This document shows, one piece after another, positions 24,722-37,294 of a DNA stretch of 64,000 nucleotides. Each line of letters starts with the position of its first letter. Within the stretch, counting starts at the first letter, position 1. Origin of the DNA: Octopus sinensis (Eukaryota); NCBI RefSeq assembly GCF_006345805.1, contig NC_043015.1, forward strand, positions 50,158,001-50,222,000, written 5' to 3'. Position numbers and translations under genes: made by a program. A model generated the notes under the pieces. That model was not told where the DNA came from and did no database searches. It saw only the letters and a program-made list of their open reading frames with translations.

Positions 24722-26228
24722 GTATATACTTTATTAAAGCAGCAGAAAATTCAACAAAACCTGTTACTCTGAGTTCCACGTTGCCGTTCAAAGGATAGTT
24801 AAAACTGTCCGATGAACGGCAACGTGGAACTCAGAGTAACAGGTTTTGTTGAATTTTCTGCTGCTTTAAATAAAGCATATTACTCTACCACTGGTATTTG
24901 AGTACTCTTTTTTCCACCTTGTTTCACATTTATGTGTTTACTCCGGTATATATATATATATATAGTATGCATGTCTATGTATATGTACGTGTGTGTTTGT
25001 GTGTCTGTGTTTGTCCTTGCAACATCACTTGACAACCGATGCTGGTGCGTTTACATCTCCATAACTTTCGTTTGTCTTTACGTTCTGAGTTCAAATTCCG
25101 CTGAGATCAACTTTGCCTTTCATCCTTTCGGAATCAATAAATTAAGTACTAGTTCTGTACTGGGGTCAATCTAATCAACTGCCCCCACTCCCCCAAAATT
25201 TCCAGGCTTGTGCCTAGAGTAGAAAAGAAAAGAATAATAATAATATTAACAATCCTTTCAACTGTAGGCACAAGGCCTGAAATTTGGGGGAGGGGAATAA
25301 TTGATTGCATCGACCCCAGTGCTCAACTGGTACTTATTTGATTGACCCAGAAAGGATGAAAGGCAAAGTCAACCCTGGGAGAATTTGAACTCAGAATGTA
25401 AAGAGGGATGAAATGCCGCTAATTATTTTTCTCGGCGTGCTAACGATTCTACCAGCTCGCTACTTTATATAATAATGATAATAATAATCTTCTAATATAA
25501 TAATGAGCGTAGTGTTTTTGTATATTTGTATATATATATATATATATACGTATTTGTACAACATCCTGCAGGAGTGAATGGTGAAGGGGGAGGAGAGAAG
25601 ATAGTAATTCAGTGAAGGAGAAGTAGTGAGAGTAATAGCCATGACAGAGGGAGTGAGAGAAAGTAATAGCAATGAGAGAGAGGAAGTGGCAAAGAGAGCA
25701 TCGTGTATCTTGTACTATAATAATCTACTACAATAATACTCTTGTGTATATCTCTGTCACAACATATGAATGAGAAAGGAAAGGGTGATCCACCGATGGA
25801 AGTGGGATGGTGAAAAGTCAATGGTGAAATGAAAATCAAACAGCGCTTCAACTCTGTGTGTATATGTGTGTGTGTGTGTGTAAAAGGGAGGAATGTGAAT
25901 GTTTGCGCGTGTGCGTGTGTGTGTGTGTTTGTATAAAATATATTTATATATTTGAGTGAGTTTATATGTGTTTGTGTATGTTTATTTAGAAAGATACATA
26001 GAAAATAGAATTACAGACACACCATTTACACATACATATATATATAAACAAACACACTTAAAAAGGAAGGAAGCAGGCTGTGACAAAGTATAGAAAACCG
26101 CATTCGCTACAAACTGTGCTACTCATACATATAAATGAATACATTTGCATACACGCGCACACGCACACACACACAGAGTCGAAGCACAGATTTTTATATA
26201 TAAAATACTTTTTATATATAAAATACTA

Positions 26229-26591
26229 CAATTAGCTGTCATTTTTGACAGCATGGGGTCAGCTAGTAGTAGTAATAATAATAATAATAATAATAAAATG
26301 ATAATAATAATAATGACAATAATAATAATAATAATAATGACAATAATAATAATAATAATGATAATAATAATAATAATGACAATAATAATAATAATAATGA
26401 TAATAATGACAATAATAATAATAATAATAATGACAATAATAATAATAATAATAATAATAATGATAATAATAATGACAATAATAATAATAATAATAATAAT
26501 AATGACAATAATAATAATAATAATAATAATGACAATAATAATAATAATAATAATAATAATGACAATAATAATAATAATAATAATGACAATA

Positions 26592-26622
<31 letters not shown>

Positions 26623-26627
26623 AAATG

Positions 26628-26670
<43 letters not shown>

Positions 26671-26790
26671 TGATAATAATAATAATGACAATAATAATAA
26701 TAATAATAATAATGACAATAATAATAATAATAATGATAATAAATAATAATAATAATGACAATAATAATAATAATAATAATAATGACAATA

Positions 26791-26821
<31 letters not shown>

Positions 26822-26826
26822 AAATG

Positions 26827-26856
<30 letters not shown>
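26229..26856. repeat. Long compound (AAT)n microsatellite interspersed with GAC/GAT
   Basis: Directly visible; the poly-Ile, poly-Leu and poly-Asn ORFs are artefacts. Confidence 0.97.
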
Positions 26857-26861
<5 letters not shown>

Positions 26862-26879
26862 TTATAAAAAAAAAAAACT

Positions 26880-27453
26880 GGTGGGAACACAATCCACCTC
26901 CAGTGCTTGAAAATGACCACATCTCACTCCTCTGGAACTTCACCATTCAAACTGACAGAAAGATAGATGCAAATAGGCCAGACATCACATGCCTCCTCAT
27001 TGATATGACTGTCCCAATCAATATAAACGTATCTGTCAAGACCTACCAAAAACTAAGCAAATATAAAGATCTTGAAATAGAAATCAGCAAAATGTGGAAC
27101 CTGAAGACTAAAACAATACCTGTTGTCATGGGTGCCCTGGGAATGATAGCGAAAGGGGCTAACTCAGATACCAGGAAACCCCAAAATGGCAGAAATTCAA
27201 AAGATAGTGCTCATAGGAACTGCTCATATCCTGTGCAAAATACTCTCTATGTAATCCCAAGGTTTAAAACAAACATTTTTTTTTTTTAATTTATGTATTA
27301 GACATTCACTAGTCCAACACCAAAAAAAAAAAAACCGAATATATGGCACACTAGGCATAACAACAAAGTGAACTTCCAACTTGTTGTCTCTTGAGGTCTC
27401 TGGGTGAGACTTGGAGCCAACTTGTACAGACATAAAGCAAAAGTCAAACATAG
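26880..27453 (+). mobile_element. 5'-truncated RLE-type non-LTR retrotransposon (R4/Dong-like) with 3' UTR and (AAT)n tail
   Basis: Translates LENDHISLLWNFTIQTDRKIDANRPDITCLLIDMTVPININVSVKTYQKLSKYKDLEIEISKMWNLKTKTIPVVMGALGMIAKG, then across a frameshift PKMAEIQKIVLIGTAHILCKILSM*. It is flanked on both sides by AAT arrays. Confidence 0.9.
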
Positions 27454-27519
27454 AATAATAATAATAATAATAATAATAATGATGATGATGATGATGTTAA
27501 TAACAACAACAATAATAAG

Positions 27520-27770
27520 GATAAAGCCAGGTCTTCAATACCTCAATCATATTGTCACGTGGCACATTTAAATCCCATGGCAATTTTACCATATTGTTTT
27601 TCCATTACTGCAAGTATTCATAGCACTTGTCAGCTTGTTCCAAGTTGTATTTCCTTCATAAAAACCAATAGAGATTTTGCACAACACTGTCGTGCCATCT
27701 CTTGTGCTCCTGCGGCTTGTGGTTTCTCCAATCTTAACACACATTCTGCTTAATGGCAATTCAACTGTTT
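27520..27770 (-). mobile_element. RLE-type retrotransposon fragment (CCHC/HD-to-PD region)
   Basis: Minus frame with stops: HKPQEHKRWHDSVVQNLYWFL*RKYNLEQADKCYEY..WKNNMVKLPWDLNVPRDNMIEV, matching the YKRRHD.V...HW.LC...WD...D segment upstream of the RLE domain. Confidence 0.7.
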
Positions 27771-28303
27771 TGTTAATGTGGAATTTTACAAACCATAAAT
27801 CCTCAAGTATAATCTGCACTTTTTTCCCAAAATTTAAAGGTCAAAATCCCTAGTGCGTACGATATACGAGGTTAAAAATGAAAAATATTTTTTAAGCAAT
27901 ATCTGAGTCTCTATTTGCTGTCCGTCAATGTTTATTCAGACGCATTTTGTGATGTCGGCTAAGCCTGAAAGCAATGAAGTCATAAAAGAATCATCCATAA
28001 CTTGCCGTAAGCAACATTTATTAAACGTTATTACTGTTATTTCTTTATTTTCTGCGAACAAAATGCACAAAAAAGCTACACATTTGCATTATGTTATATA
28101 TACAATAATAATAAAGGACGTTACAGTATACATTTTTACAAACCAAGGACATTATATAGACCTCTTTGACTTAAGTTAGAGAAGGGGTGCATAATATACA
28201 CAAGGTTTAAGTTTTTCAGAGGTACAGACCCCTAAAAATCCCCTGCGTATTATACTCAAGGGTGGACTATACTTGATGATTTATGGTAGTTGATTCTGAG
28301 AAC

Positions 28304-28583
28304 GTGGAGGCACAATGGCCCAGTGGTTAGGGCAGCAAACTCGCGGTCGTAGGATCGCATTTTCAATTCCCAGACCGGACGTTGTGAGTGTTTATTGAGC
28401 GAAAACACCTAAAGCTCCACGAGGCTCCGGCAGCAGGTGGTGGCCATCCCTGCTGTACCCTTTCACCACAACTTTCTCTCACTCTTTCTTCTGTTGGCCT
28501 GCTCGCTTAGCCAAGCAGGGTGGCTAAGCGAGCATTCTGACCAGCGATGTGTAGCAACATCAGATAGCCTGGTCGGTCACGGT
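28304..28583 (+). mobile_element. tRNA-derived SINE (family D)
   Basis: Head GTGGAGGCACAATGGCCCAGTGGTTAGGGCAGC; reverse-strand copies lie at 40330-40610 and 52776-53085. Confidence 0.8.
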
Positions 28584-28928
28584 TATTCTGATAACAACAA
28601 CAATAACAGTAATAATAGAGAACTTTTTACCAGAATGGGCTATTCGACATGAAGAAAGTTCTAACTAGGTTCTACCTGCAAGGTCATGCTCTGTTTATCT
28701 TGATATGAGATCACCATGTCGCACACATATGGTTGTGTTGTTTGTGCCTTTTGTACTCATATCAGATGGATAGTCATGATGGGTACATTGACCTTCATAT
28801 GTTTGCACTCCAGTGTCACTTTGATGGCATGCATGTGCCTAGTGTGCCCTTATCAGATGGGTATACTGGGCTTCGTATATTTTACTTCAGTGTCATTTTG
28901 ATGGCATGCACTGCTCTCTTACTCAACG

Positions 28929-28967
<39 letters not shown>

Positions 28968-29709
28968 TAATAATCCTTTCTACTAAAAGCACAAGGTCTG
29001 AAATTTTGGGGGAGGGACAAGTTGATTACATCAACCCCAGTGTTTCACTGCTACTTAGTTTATTGACCCTGAAAGGATGAAAGGCAAATTTGACCTCGGC
29101 AGATTTTGAATATGCTCTGATACAATAACCAGGCAGTGGTTCTCATGTCTTCTGATCTTAACTGATTGGAAGTGTTATCATGTACATTGTTTTGTCTTGG
29201 TATAAAAGATGGGCTACAGCAAATATTCTGCTCAATACCACAGATTTGCTTGTCAGTTGTTTGACCATAACCAGTTGAGCATGTCCCTTAGTGGCTGACG
29301 ATATGTGCACCTTTGATCTCGAGCAGAAGTAGTGGGGGAGCATCATAGCCATATGTTGAGAGGGATTCTTTGGGGTTTGAATAACTCACCTCTGGAAACA
29401 TGGGTGTTTCGTTCAACATCCTTAAGCAACTCTTATTCAGGGACCTTTTGAGCAGGATGGGTTACTTGACCAGAAGAAAATTCTAACTGGGCCTCACCTG
29501 CAAGGTCATGTGCTGTTTATCTTGATATGAGATCACCATGTCATGCACATAGGGTTGTGATGCATGTGCCTAGTGTACCCTTATCAGAAGGGTAGTCATG
29601 ATGGGTATACTGGGCTTCGTATATTTTACCTCAGTGTCATTTTGATGGCATGCACTGCTCTCTCACTCAATAATAACAACTCAACAACAACAACAACAAT
29701 AATAATAAT

Positions 29710-30200
29710 AAAGTAAAAACAATACCAATAAAAATTGGAGCATTGGGCATGATAAAAATAATATATGAACAAAAATGTAGAAGCTATACCTGGATCCTCA
29801 GCACTTCACACTGTCCAAAATATGACCCTGCTAGGAACAGCCCACATTCTACACAAGACACTATCAATCCAATAATACAACCTAAACAAAACAACCCACA
29901 AATACAAGACACTCTCTATACAACATTTACCCAATGAAATAAACTCCCACCAGCAAGCTAGAAAACCAAAGTATTACACACTCAACACACAATGCATGCA
30001 GTAACACAACAAAAGACTGCACCACACCTGAAGGGATAAAAAAACTAACACAATACAGTGCTGGGAAGAGTCTGCACGCTCCCCTCAGCAGAAAAAAAAC
30101 ACACAGTGCTGCACACATACCAGCAGCACAGAGGTGCAGCAGGTGATGCAGTAGAAATTTGCCTCAATCTACCAAATATTGAACAGTTATAATAATGATA
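29710..30200 (+). mobile_element. RLE-type retrotransposon extreme 3' end plus UTR
   Basis: Translates KVKTIPIKIGALGMIK, then across a frameshift IPGSSALHTVQNMTLLGTAHILHKTLSIQ* (stop 29873-29875). It is preceded by (AAC)/(AAT) repeats and ends in AATAAT. Confidence 0.75.
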
Positions 30201-30470
30201 ATAATAAGTCATTCCACTATAGGCGCAAGGCCTGAAATTTTGAGGCTAGTCGATTACATTGACCCTAGTGCATAACTGGTACTTACTTCCCGAAAGGATG
30301 AAAGGCAAAATTCACCTCAGCAAGGTTTGAACTTCAGAACATAAAGGGTCGGGAGAAATGCTTCTAAGCAATTTGTCTGACACATTGACAATTCTGCCAT
30401 CTCACTGCCTTAATATGAGTAATAATGTTAATGATGATGATAATGATGATGATGATGAGGAGGAGGTTGT

Positions 30471-30505
<35 letters not shown>

Positions 30506-30899
30506 GTGACGATAACAATTTAAAAAATTTTAATGATTAAGTTATCAGATTACACAAGTCCAAGGCCACGAGATTTGCGGTTAACGACATGATGGTCCTC
30601 ACGTTACTAACAAACATATCACCTACAAAGCAAAGAAAGAAATACACAAGCCTCTGCATGGTCACCCAAGATGCTTGAAATAGCAGCCAAATCTTCCTCA
30701 AATTGCTCCCTGCTCAGTTTAACCCTTTTGATACCACCCTGCTTGAGATCACCTTTGGTTCTATGATACAAACTTCGTTTTTAAGTGATTTAAATTAAGG
30801 CCATCCATTAAAATTTCATGTTAATTTATGTTCCAAATACTTGTTTAATAATGACAAAATTATTTCATTAGATTCTTTGTTACTTTCAAAATTTACTGA

Positions 30900-31489
30900 G
30901 ACCTTTGGAAATATGCAGTGCATGAGAAGACCCAGCAAGCCAAGTGTAACCAGCCCACTTATGCATACATTTCCTTCATTGGATACTAAACACTGCTTGC
31001 AAAGACCTGTTGTGCAACTGAAATTGAAATCGAATTAAATCCAATGATTGGCACTTGTGCCAGTGGAACGCCAAGAGCACCATCTGAGCATGATCGTTGC
31101 CAGAGTAGTTGACCGGCTTCTGGGCCAGTGGCATGTAAAAAGCATCATTCGAGTGTGATTGTTACCAGTGTCGCCTAACTGGCACTTGTGCTGGTGGCAT
31201 GTGATAAAACATTCGAGCGAGGTCATTGCCAGTGCCGCTGGACTGACTCCTGTGCAGGTGGCACATAAAAAACACCATTTGAGTGTGGCCGTTGCCATAC
31301 CGCCTGACTGGCCCTTGTGCTGGTGGCACGTAAAAGAACCCACTACACTCTTGGAGTGGTTGGCGTTAGGAAGGACATTGAGCTGTAGAAACTCTGCCAG
31401 ATTAGATTGGAGCCTGGTACGGCCATCAGGTTCGCCAGTCCTCAGTCAAATCATTCAACCCATGCCAGCATGGAAAGTGGACGTTAAAC

Positions 31490-31560
<71 letters not shown>
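30900..31560 (+). mobile_element. RTE LINE 3' UTR copy with (GAT)n tail
   Basis: Same 3' UTR as the element at 41892-43023 (CCACTTATGCAT...GTTAAACGATGATGAT). Other copies lie at 50505-50880(-), 53750-54005(+) and 55985-56540(-). Confidence 0.75.
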
Positions 31561-31578
<18 letters not shown>

Positions 31579-31627
31579 GGTGGTGGTGGTTTTGGTGGTG
31601 GTGGTGGTGGTGGTGGTGATGATGATG

Positions 31628-31681
<54 letters not shown>

Positions 31682-33655
31682 GCATTGATTTGAACAGAAA
31701 TATTGTAACAAAAGGCTTAAAGTGTTCTAAATCAAAACCTCCCATTAAAATTTCTTGTTAATTTATGTTCCAAATGCCAGTTCACTAATGACAAAGCTAT
31801 TTCACTAAATTCTTTGTTATTTTCAAAAGAAATTGAAACAAAGGCAGTATATTCCACCAGAAATATGGTTACAAAAGGGTTTACAAATGAAGGACACAGT
31901 TGATGTATCAGGGATATTTTTTTTATCTTCTACTTGATGCAGGTCATTGGGTCTAGTCAAACACATCAACTCCATTACATCATCTTTTTATTTTCTTAAC
32001 CTGATACTTATTCTGTTGGTCTCTGTCAGCTGAACTGCTAAGTTACAGGGACATAAACAAACCAATACCAATCATCAAGAGGTAGAGAGACAAACATTGA
32101 GACACACATATATAGACATTTACATATACATATACATACATACATACATACATATATATATAGGCGCAGGAGTGGCTGTGTGGTAAGTAGCTTGCTTACC
32201 AACCACACGGTTCCGGGTTCAGTCCCACTCACATGGCTTTGGTCAGCCTGAGGCTATAGTAGAAGACACTTGCCCAAGGTGCCACGCAGGGGACTGAACC
32301 TGTAACCGTGTGGTTGGTAAGCAAGCTACTTACCACACAGCCACTCCTGCGTCTATATATATATATATAGGCGCAGGAGTGGCTGTGTGGTAAGTAGCTT
32401 GCTTACCAACCACATGGTTCCGGGTTCAGCCCCACTGTGTGGCACCTTGGGCAAGCGTCTTCTACTATAGACTCAGGCCGAAGAAAGCCTTGTGAGTGGA
32501 TTTGGTAGATGGAAACTGAAAGAAGCCCATCGTATACATGTATATGTATATATATATATGTGTGTGTTTGCGTGTCTGTGTTTGTCACCCCAACATCGCT
32601 TGACAACCGATGTTGGTGTGTTTACATCCCTGTAACTTAGCAGTTCGGCAAAAGAGACTGATAGAATAAGTACTAGGCTTACAAAGACTAAGTCCTGAGG
32701 TCAATTTGCTTGTCTAAAGGCGGTGCTCCAGCATGGCCACAGTCAAATAACTTAAACAAGTAAAAGAGTAAAGAGAGTAAGAGTGTATAAAATTAACAGA
32801 ATGAGATTAAAAAAATCCAAGGCTACGAAAGATTTTAGAACATTCATTTTCTGAAATCTTTCATAGCCTTGGATTTTTTCATCTCCTGTTAATTTTTTAT
32901 ATATATGCATGCAAATATATGAGCTACGTTGGACTCCTCATTTGTATAATCATCAAACCTGGAGCTTAACTATAGTCTGTCCATAGCACTTACTCAGCAT
33001 TACCTGACACCTTTGGTCTTCTTGACACCATTACCTTTCATAACCTATATATATATATTTCCCATCCGCCATTGCTTCTTCACCAAGGTATTTTGGCGCT
33101 TCTTTACCAAGTTATTTTGGCGCCTCTTCCTCCCATCCTCTTTAATTCCTTCTTTCTCTCTCTCTTGGTCATTGCTTCTGTTCTCGGCCCTCCTTAATCC
33201 CCTCTCTCTCTGTCTCTCTTTCTCTCTCTCTCTCTCACCTTCTTGCAACCTGCTGCTACTAAGCCATTCCATTGGCGACAGCCGCCTGTTCTACACGTGT
33301 CACCTCTACCGAAAAGGTAATCGCTTTCCACGCTTGCTGATCAATTGTTTTTGTCCCATTTTGTCTCAAAGTCGTGTCATTCCTGTTTTTATTCGTTACT
33401 GTTTCCAATTTTATCTTCGTCTCTTGTTTTCCTATTCGTCTCTGTTGTCACATTCTTTCCTTCTACCAAGGAAATCTAATGCCCATAGCTTAGCTTTTCC
33501 TTGGGGCTGGCCGTTTTGGAGCAAATCTCAGAATTAAACAGCCGAAATTTGCCATGATGAATCGGTTGCTGACTGAAGAATGAAGGCTCTGAATGACTGT
33601 CTGTTTTCCGTGTTCGTCAATTCGTGTATTTCACGTTCTTTATATATAAAGTTTT

Positions 33656-33696
<41 letters not shown>

Positions 33697-34236
33697 CATA
33701 AAAATAGAACAAGAATGTAGCAGATGACAATAAAATATCTGGACAGATAGATAATGCAAAGATGGACAGGAAAAACATGGACGGGTCATTTGCAATCTTC
33801 TCTCATCAGTCAAGTTTCTCAATTATCCTTACAGTTTCGGCTAGTTACACTTGAGACTGTTTGGCTCTGGCCAGCCTCAAAAATCTAAGCTAAGAGAATT
33901 AAATTTTTTGGGAGAAAACAAGCGAATGTGTATGGCAACAAAAACAAAAAAAAACCCAGAGAAACGGAGAAAATGTTACTCAATTACATATACTAGCAAC
34001 ATGAAAACAACAATAGATATCTTTTGAGTAATTGAGACAAATCATGTTGAGCTGCTGTGAGTAGAGTGAAAGCCTTGAGCCATGAACATAGGAGATGGAC
34101 ATAAGAGATGAAAGTCATGAGACAGGAATATAAGAGATGCTTCGCAGCTGGCAGTCAAGCCAAGAAAGAAAGATCATGCTTGACTGAACACCGGTCATGT
34201 GGAAGGAAAGGAGAGAGGTAGGAGGCAGAGAGATAG

Positions 34237-34278
<42 letters not shown>

Positions 34279-34321
34279 CTCTCTCTCTCTCTATAATATA
34301 TATATATATATATATATGAGA

Positions 34322-34643
34322 GAAAGACTCCGCCGGTTACGACGACGAGGGTCCCAGCTGATACGATCACGGAACAGCTTGCTCGTGAAATTAACGTGCA
34401 AATGGCTGAGCATTCCACAGACACGTACCCTTAACGTAGTTCTCGGGGATAATCAGCGTGACACAGAGAGTGACAAGGCTGACCCTTTGAAATACAAGTA
34501 CAACTCATTTTTGCCAGCTGAGTGGACTGGAGCAACGTGAAATAAAGTGTCTTGCTCAAGGACACAACGCGTCGCCGGGAATCGAACTCACAACCTTACG
34601 ATCATGAGCCGAATGCCCTAACCACTAAGCCACGCGCCCTCAC
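34322..34643 (-). mobile_element. tRNA-derived SINE (family C), well-preserved copy
   Basis: Minus strand begins GTGAGGGCGCGTGGCTTAGTGGTTAGGGCATTCGGCTCATGATCGTAAGGTTGTGAGTTCGATTCCCGG (A and B boxes), followed by CORE-like GTGTCCTTGAGCAAGACACTT. CpGs are retained. Other copies lie at 23320-23632(-) and 55490-55790(+). Confidence 0.9.
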
Positions 34644-34645
34644 AT

Positions 34646-34677
<32 letters not shown>

Positions 34678-35660
34678 GACATGTTTGAACAAGACAACCA
34701 CAACTTCTAACAGAAATTTTGGTGACCCACCCATTTGAACATCCAGAATGCATACCTATTTGTCTGAATCATACAGACAAAAACTCCTAGTATCCTCTCT
34801 CACTCATTCTCTCACTTTCTCTCTTTCCCCTCTCTCTGTTTGTCTCTCTCTCTCTCTCTCTCTCTCTCCCTCTCTCTCTCTCTATATATATGTATATATA
34901 TATAAAATTTAAAAATAGGATAAAATCTTTATAAGAATTTATCAAGTAGTCAGTGTGAAAAAACCTCTTAAGGGGAAAATTTATAATTATTCCCTTTAAA
35001 TATATTTATTTATATTAATGCCCTATATATAAGGAGTAAATATTCAAATGAATATATAAATATTTATATAGATATGTTTATTGTTATTATTATCAGCGGT
35101 AAATTCAAATAATTGATAATAACAACAACAAAAATATAGGTGGGAGAAATGAAATTTATGACTATAATTATAATTAACCATAATTACAATAGAGGGCACA
35201 CCATGCACCTACTTGCTGGAAAGAGAAGCTAAATCCTTGAGTAAACCACCGAATTACACTGAAATATACAAAGGGCCAACAGAGTTCCTTTTTGCTCACA
35301 TGGTAATACTTGCTGAGGAGAGTTGAGGCATTAGCCAGAACTTGAAATCACGATCCAAATATATTCAATTCTTCATTCTACAGCTTTGTTTGGTTATGAT
35401 TCTGATAATCGTTACTCACTTGTCCGATTTCTGTTGGTCTGTTGTATATTTCAGTATAATTTGGTTCTGGCAACGACCACACTCAAAAGGTGTTTTTTAC
35501 GTGCTATCTGCATGGGAGCCAGTCCAGTGGCACTGGCAATGACCACGCTTGAATGTAGTTTTTCACGTGCCAGTAGGGCGACTCCGGCATGTGGATTCTA
35601 TGAATGAAGTATTACTTTCACCATGCCTATCAGAGTAATTTCCCATTATTTTATAGCATT

Positions 35661-35735
35661 TTGTCTTAATAACTGATGAAATGCTGGAGCAGACTTCAGC
35701 CTCAGTATCCGAAACTCTGAGTTTTTTTATGACAA
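35661..35735 (+). ncRNA. Type-I hammerhead-like motif, intact core with damaged helix II base
   Basis: TTGTCTTAATAA-CTGATGA-[a ATGCTG...CAGTAT cc]-GAAA-CTCTGAG-TT-TTTTTATGACAA. Helix I forms 10 of 12 pairs. Confidence 0.5.
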
Positions 35736-36031
35736 CCAACTAATTGTCCCATATTGTATTTATAGATAAATTCCTCTATTTTACATAGTATCAAGGTCTC
35801 ATTCATTCTTTTGTTGTCATATTATTATTATTAATAAATATGTATATACATATAAATATAAATATACATATATATATATATACATAAGTTCAGCAAAAAT
35901 TTAGATTCAAATGAATATGGTACTTAATTTAGATGTACCAGAATTTTGTATGGTGTTATCCATAAAAATCCGTGGGGTGATTATAATCAAAATAAGCAAC
36001 AAGAATGAGTCATTCTTGTTGCTTATTTTGA

Positions 36032-36117
<86 letters not shown>

Positions 36118-36400
36118 TTAGGGAGTAAATCCAAACTTACAGGGAAAAATTAGATTTAGGATTAAATCTAATTTTATAGTATAAATATATTATATATATT
36201 AAATAGAGATAAAACCACTTTTAGGCAAATCAAACAGTGAAAATCATAAGCCAATACATAGAAATAAAATTAATTAATATTAATTAATTTTTTTCTATGT
36301 ATTGGCTTTATGATTTTCACTGTTTGATTTGCCTAATAGTGGTTTTATCTCTAATTTAATATAATATATATATATATATATATATTTATTATATAGAAGG

Positions 36401-36451
36401 AGCTTCTACAGGACTAGAACTGTTTCATTCAAGAGAAATCTTCAGGAAGCT
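36401..36451 (-). ncRNA. Type-I hammerhead ribozyme motif (left arm of palindrome)
   Basis: Exact reverse complement of 36934-36984. Confidence 0.65.
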
Positions 36452-36933
36452 AGTTAACAAGATTGTATTGGCATTTATACATTTAGGCAGGTTTAAAGGG
36501 GTGTTGGTGGGGGACTTTTTGGGGGTAGGCATAGCGCAAAATCATACTTGGGGAGTGGTCAAGGAGTCAGTGTTAAATTAGATAGGAGAATAAATAAAAA
36601 AATAAAAAATAAAAAAATAAAAAATAAAAATAAAAATAAAAAATAAAAAAATATATAAAGAAATAAAAATAAAAAAATAAAAATATATAATATATATATA
36701 TATATATATATTTATTATTATATATATAATATATATATTTTTTTTTTTTTTTTTTTTATTTTTATTTTTATTTTTATTTTTATTTTTTATTTATTCTCCT
36801 ATCTAATTTAACACTGACTCCTTGACCACTCCTCAAGTATGATTTTTGCGCATGCCTACCCCCAAAAAGTCCCCCACCAACACCCCTTTAAACCTGCCTA
36901 AATGTATAAATGCCAATACAATTCTTGTTAACT

Positions 36934-36984
36934 AGCTTCCTGAAGATTTCTCTTGAATGAAACAGTTCTAGTCCTGTAGAAGCT
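36934..36984 (+). ncRNA. Type-I hammerhead ribozyme motif (right arm of palindrome)
   Basis: AGCTTC-CTGAAGA-tTTC tctt GAAt-GAAA-CAG ttctagtc CTG-TA-GAAGCT. Helix I has 6 bp, the core is intact, helix III has 3 bp plus A-U and the cleavage triplet is GUA. The helix II closing pair is U.U, which is non-canonical. Confidence 0.65.
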
Positions 36985-37294
36985 CCTTCTATATAATAAA
37001 TTAATTTACTCTGCTATGTATTGAGTACCTTATTTACTGTGGTTAACCCCGAATCAACCGGGACCTACATATATATATAATATATATAATATATATATAT
37101 ATAATATATATATATATATATAAATTTCTACCTCTACCTTTACAGTACTTTATTTGACTGGAAAGTAATACATTTGTATTGCAATATTTAATTTTTCATT
37201 GGAAACTTTCACTGTTCTCGGTTCTGTTAATGGCTAGGCATTCAGACAAGTATATTGGCATTGAGGTAGCAACATTTGAAATATTGTCCAGGTA

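Noticed and set aside
26123-26946. Poly-Ile, poly-Leu and poly-Asn ORFs resembling membrane proteins
   Set aside because: Pure triplet-repeat translation.
34560-34643. tRNA gene
   Set aside because: It has A/B boxes but continues directly into a SINE body, so it is a SINE head rather than a tRNA.
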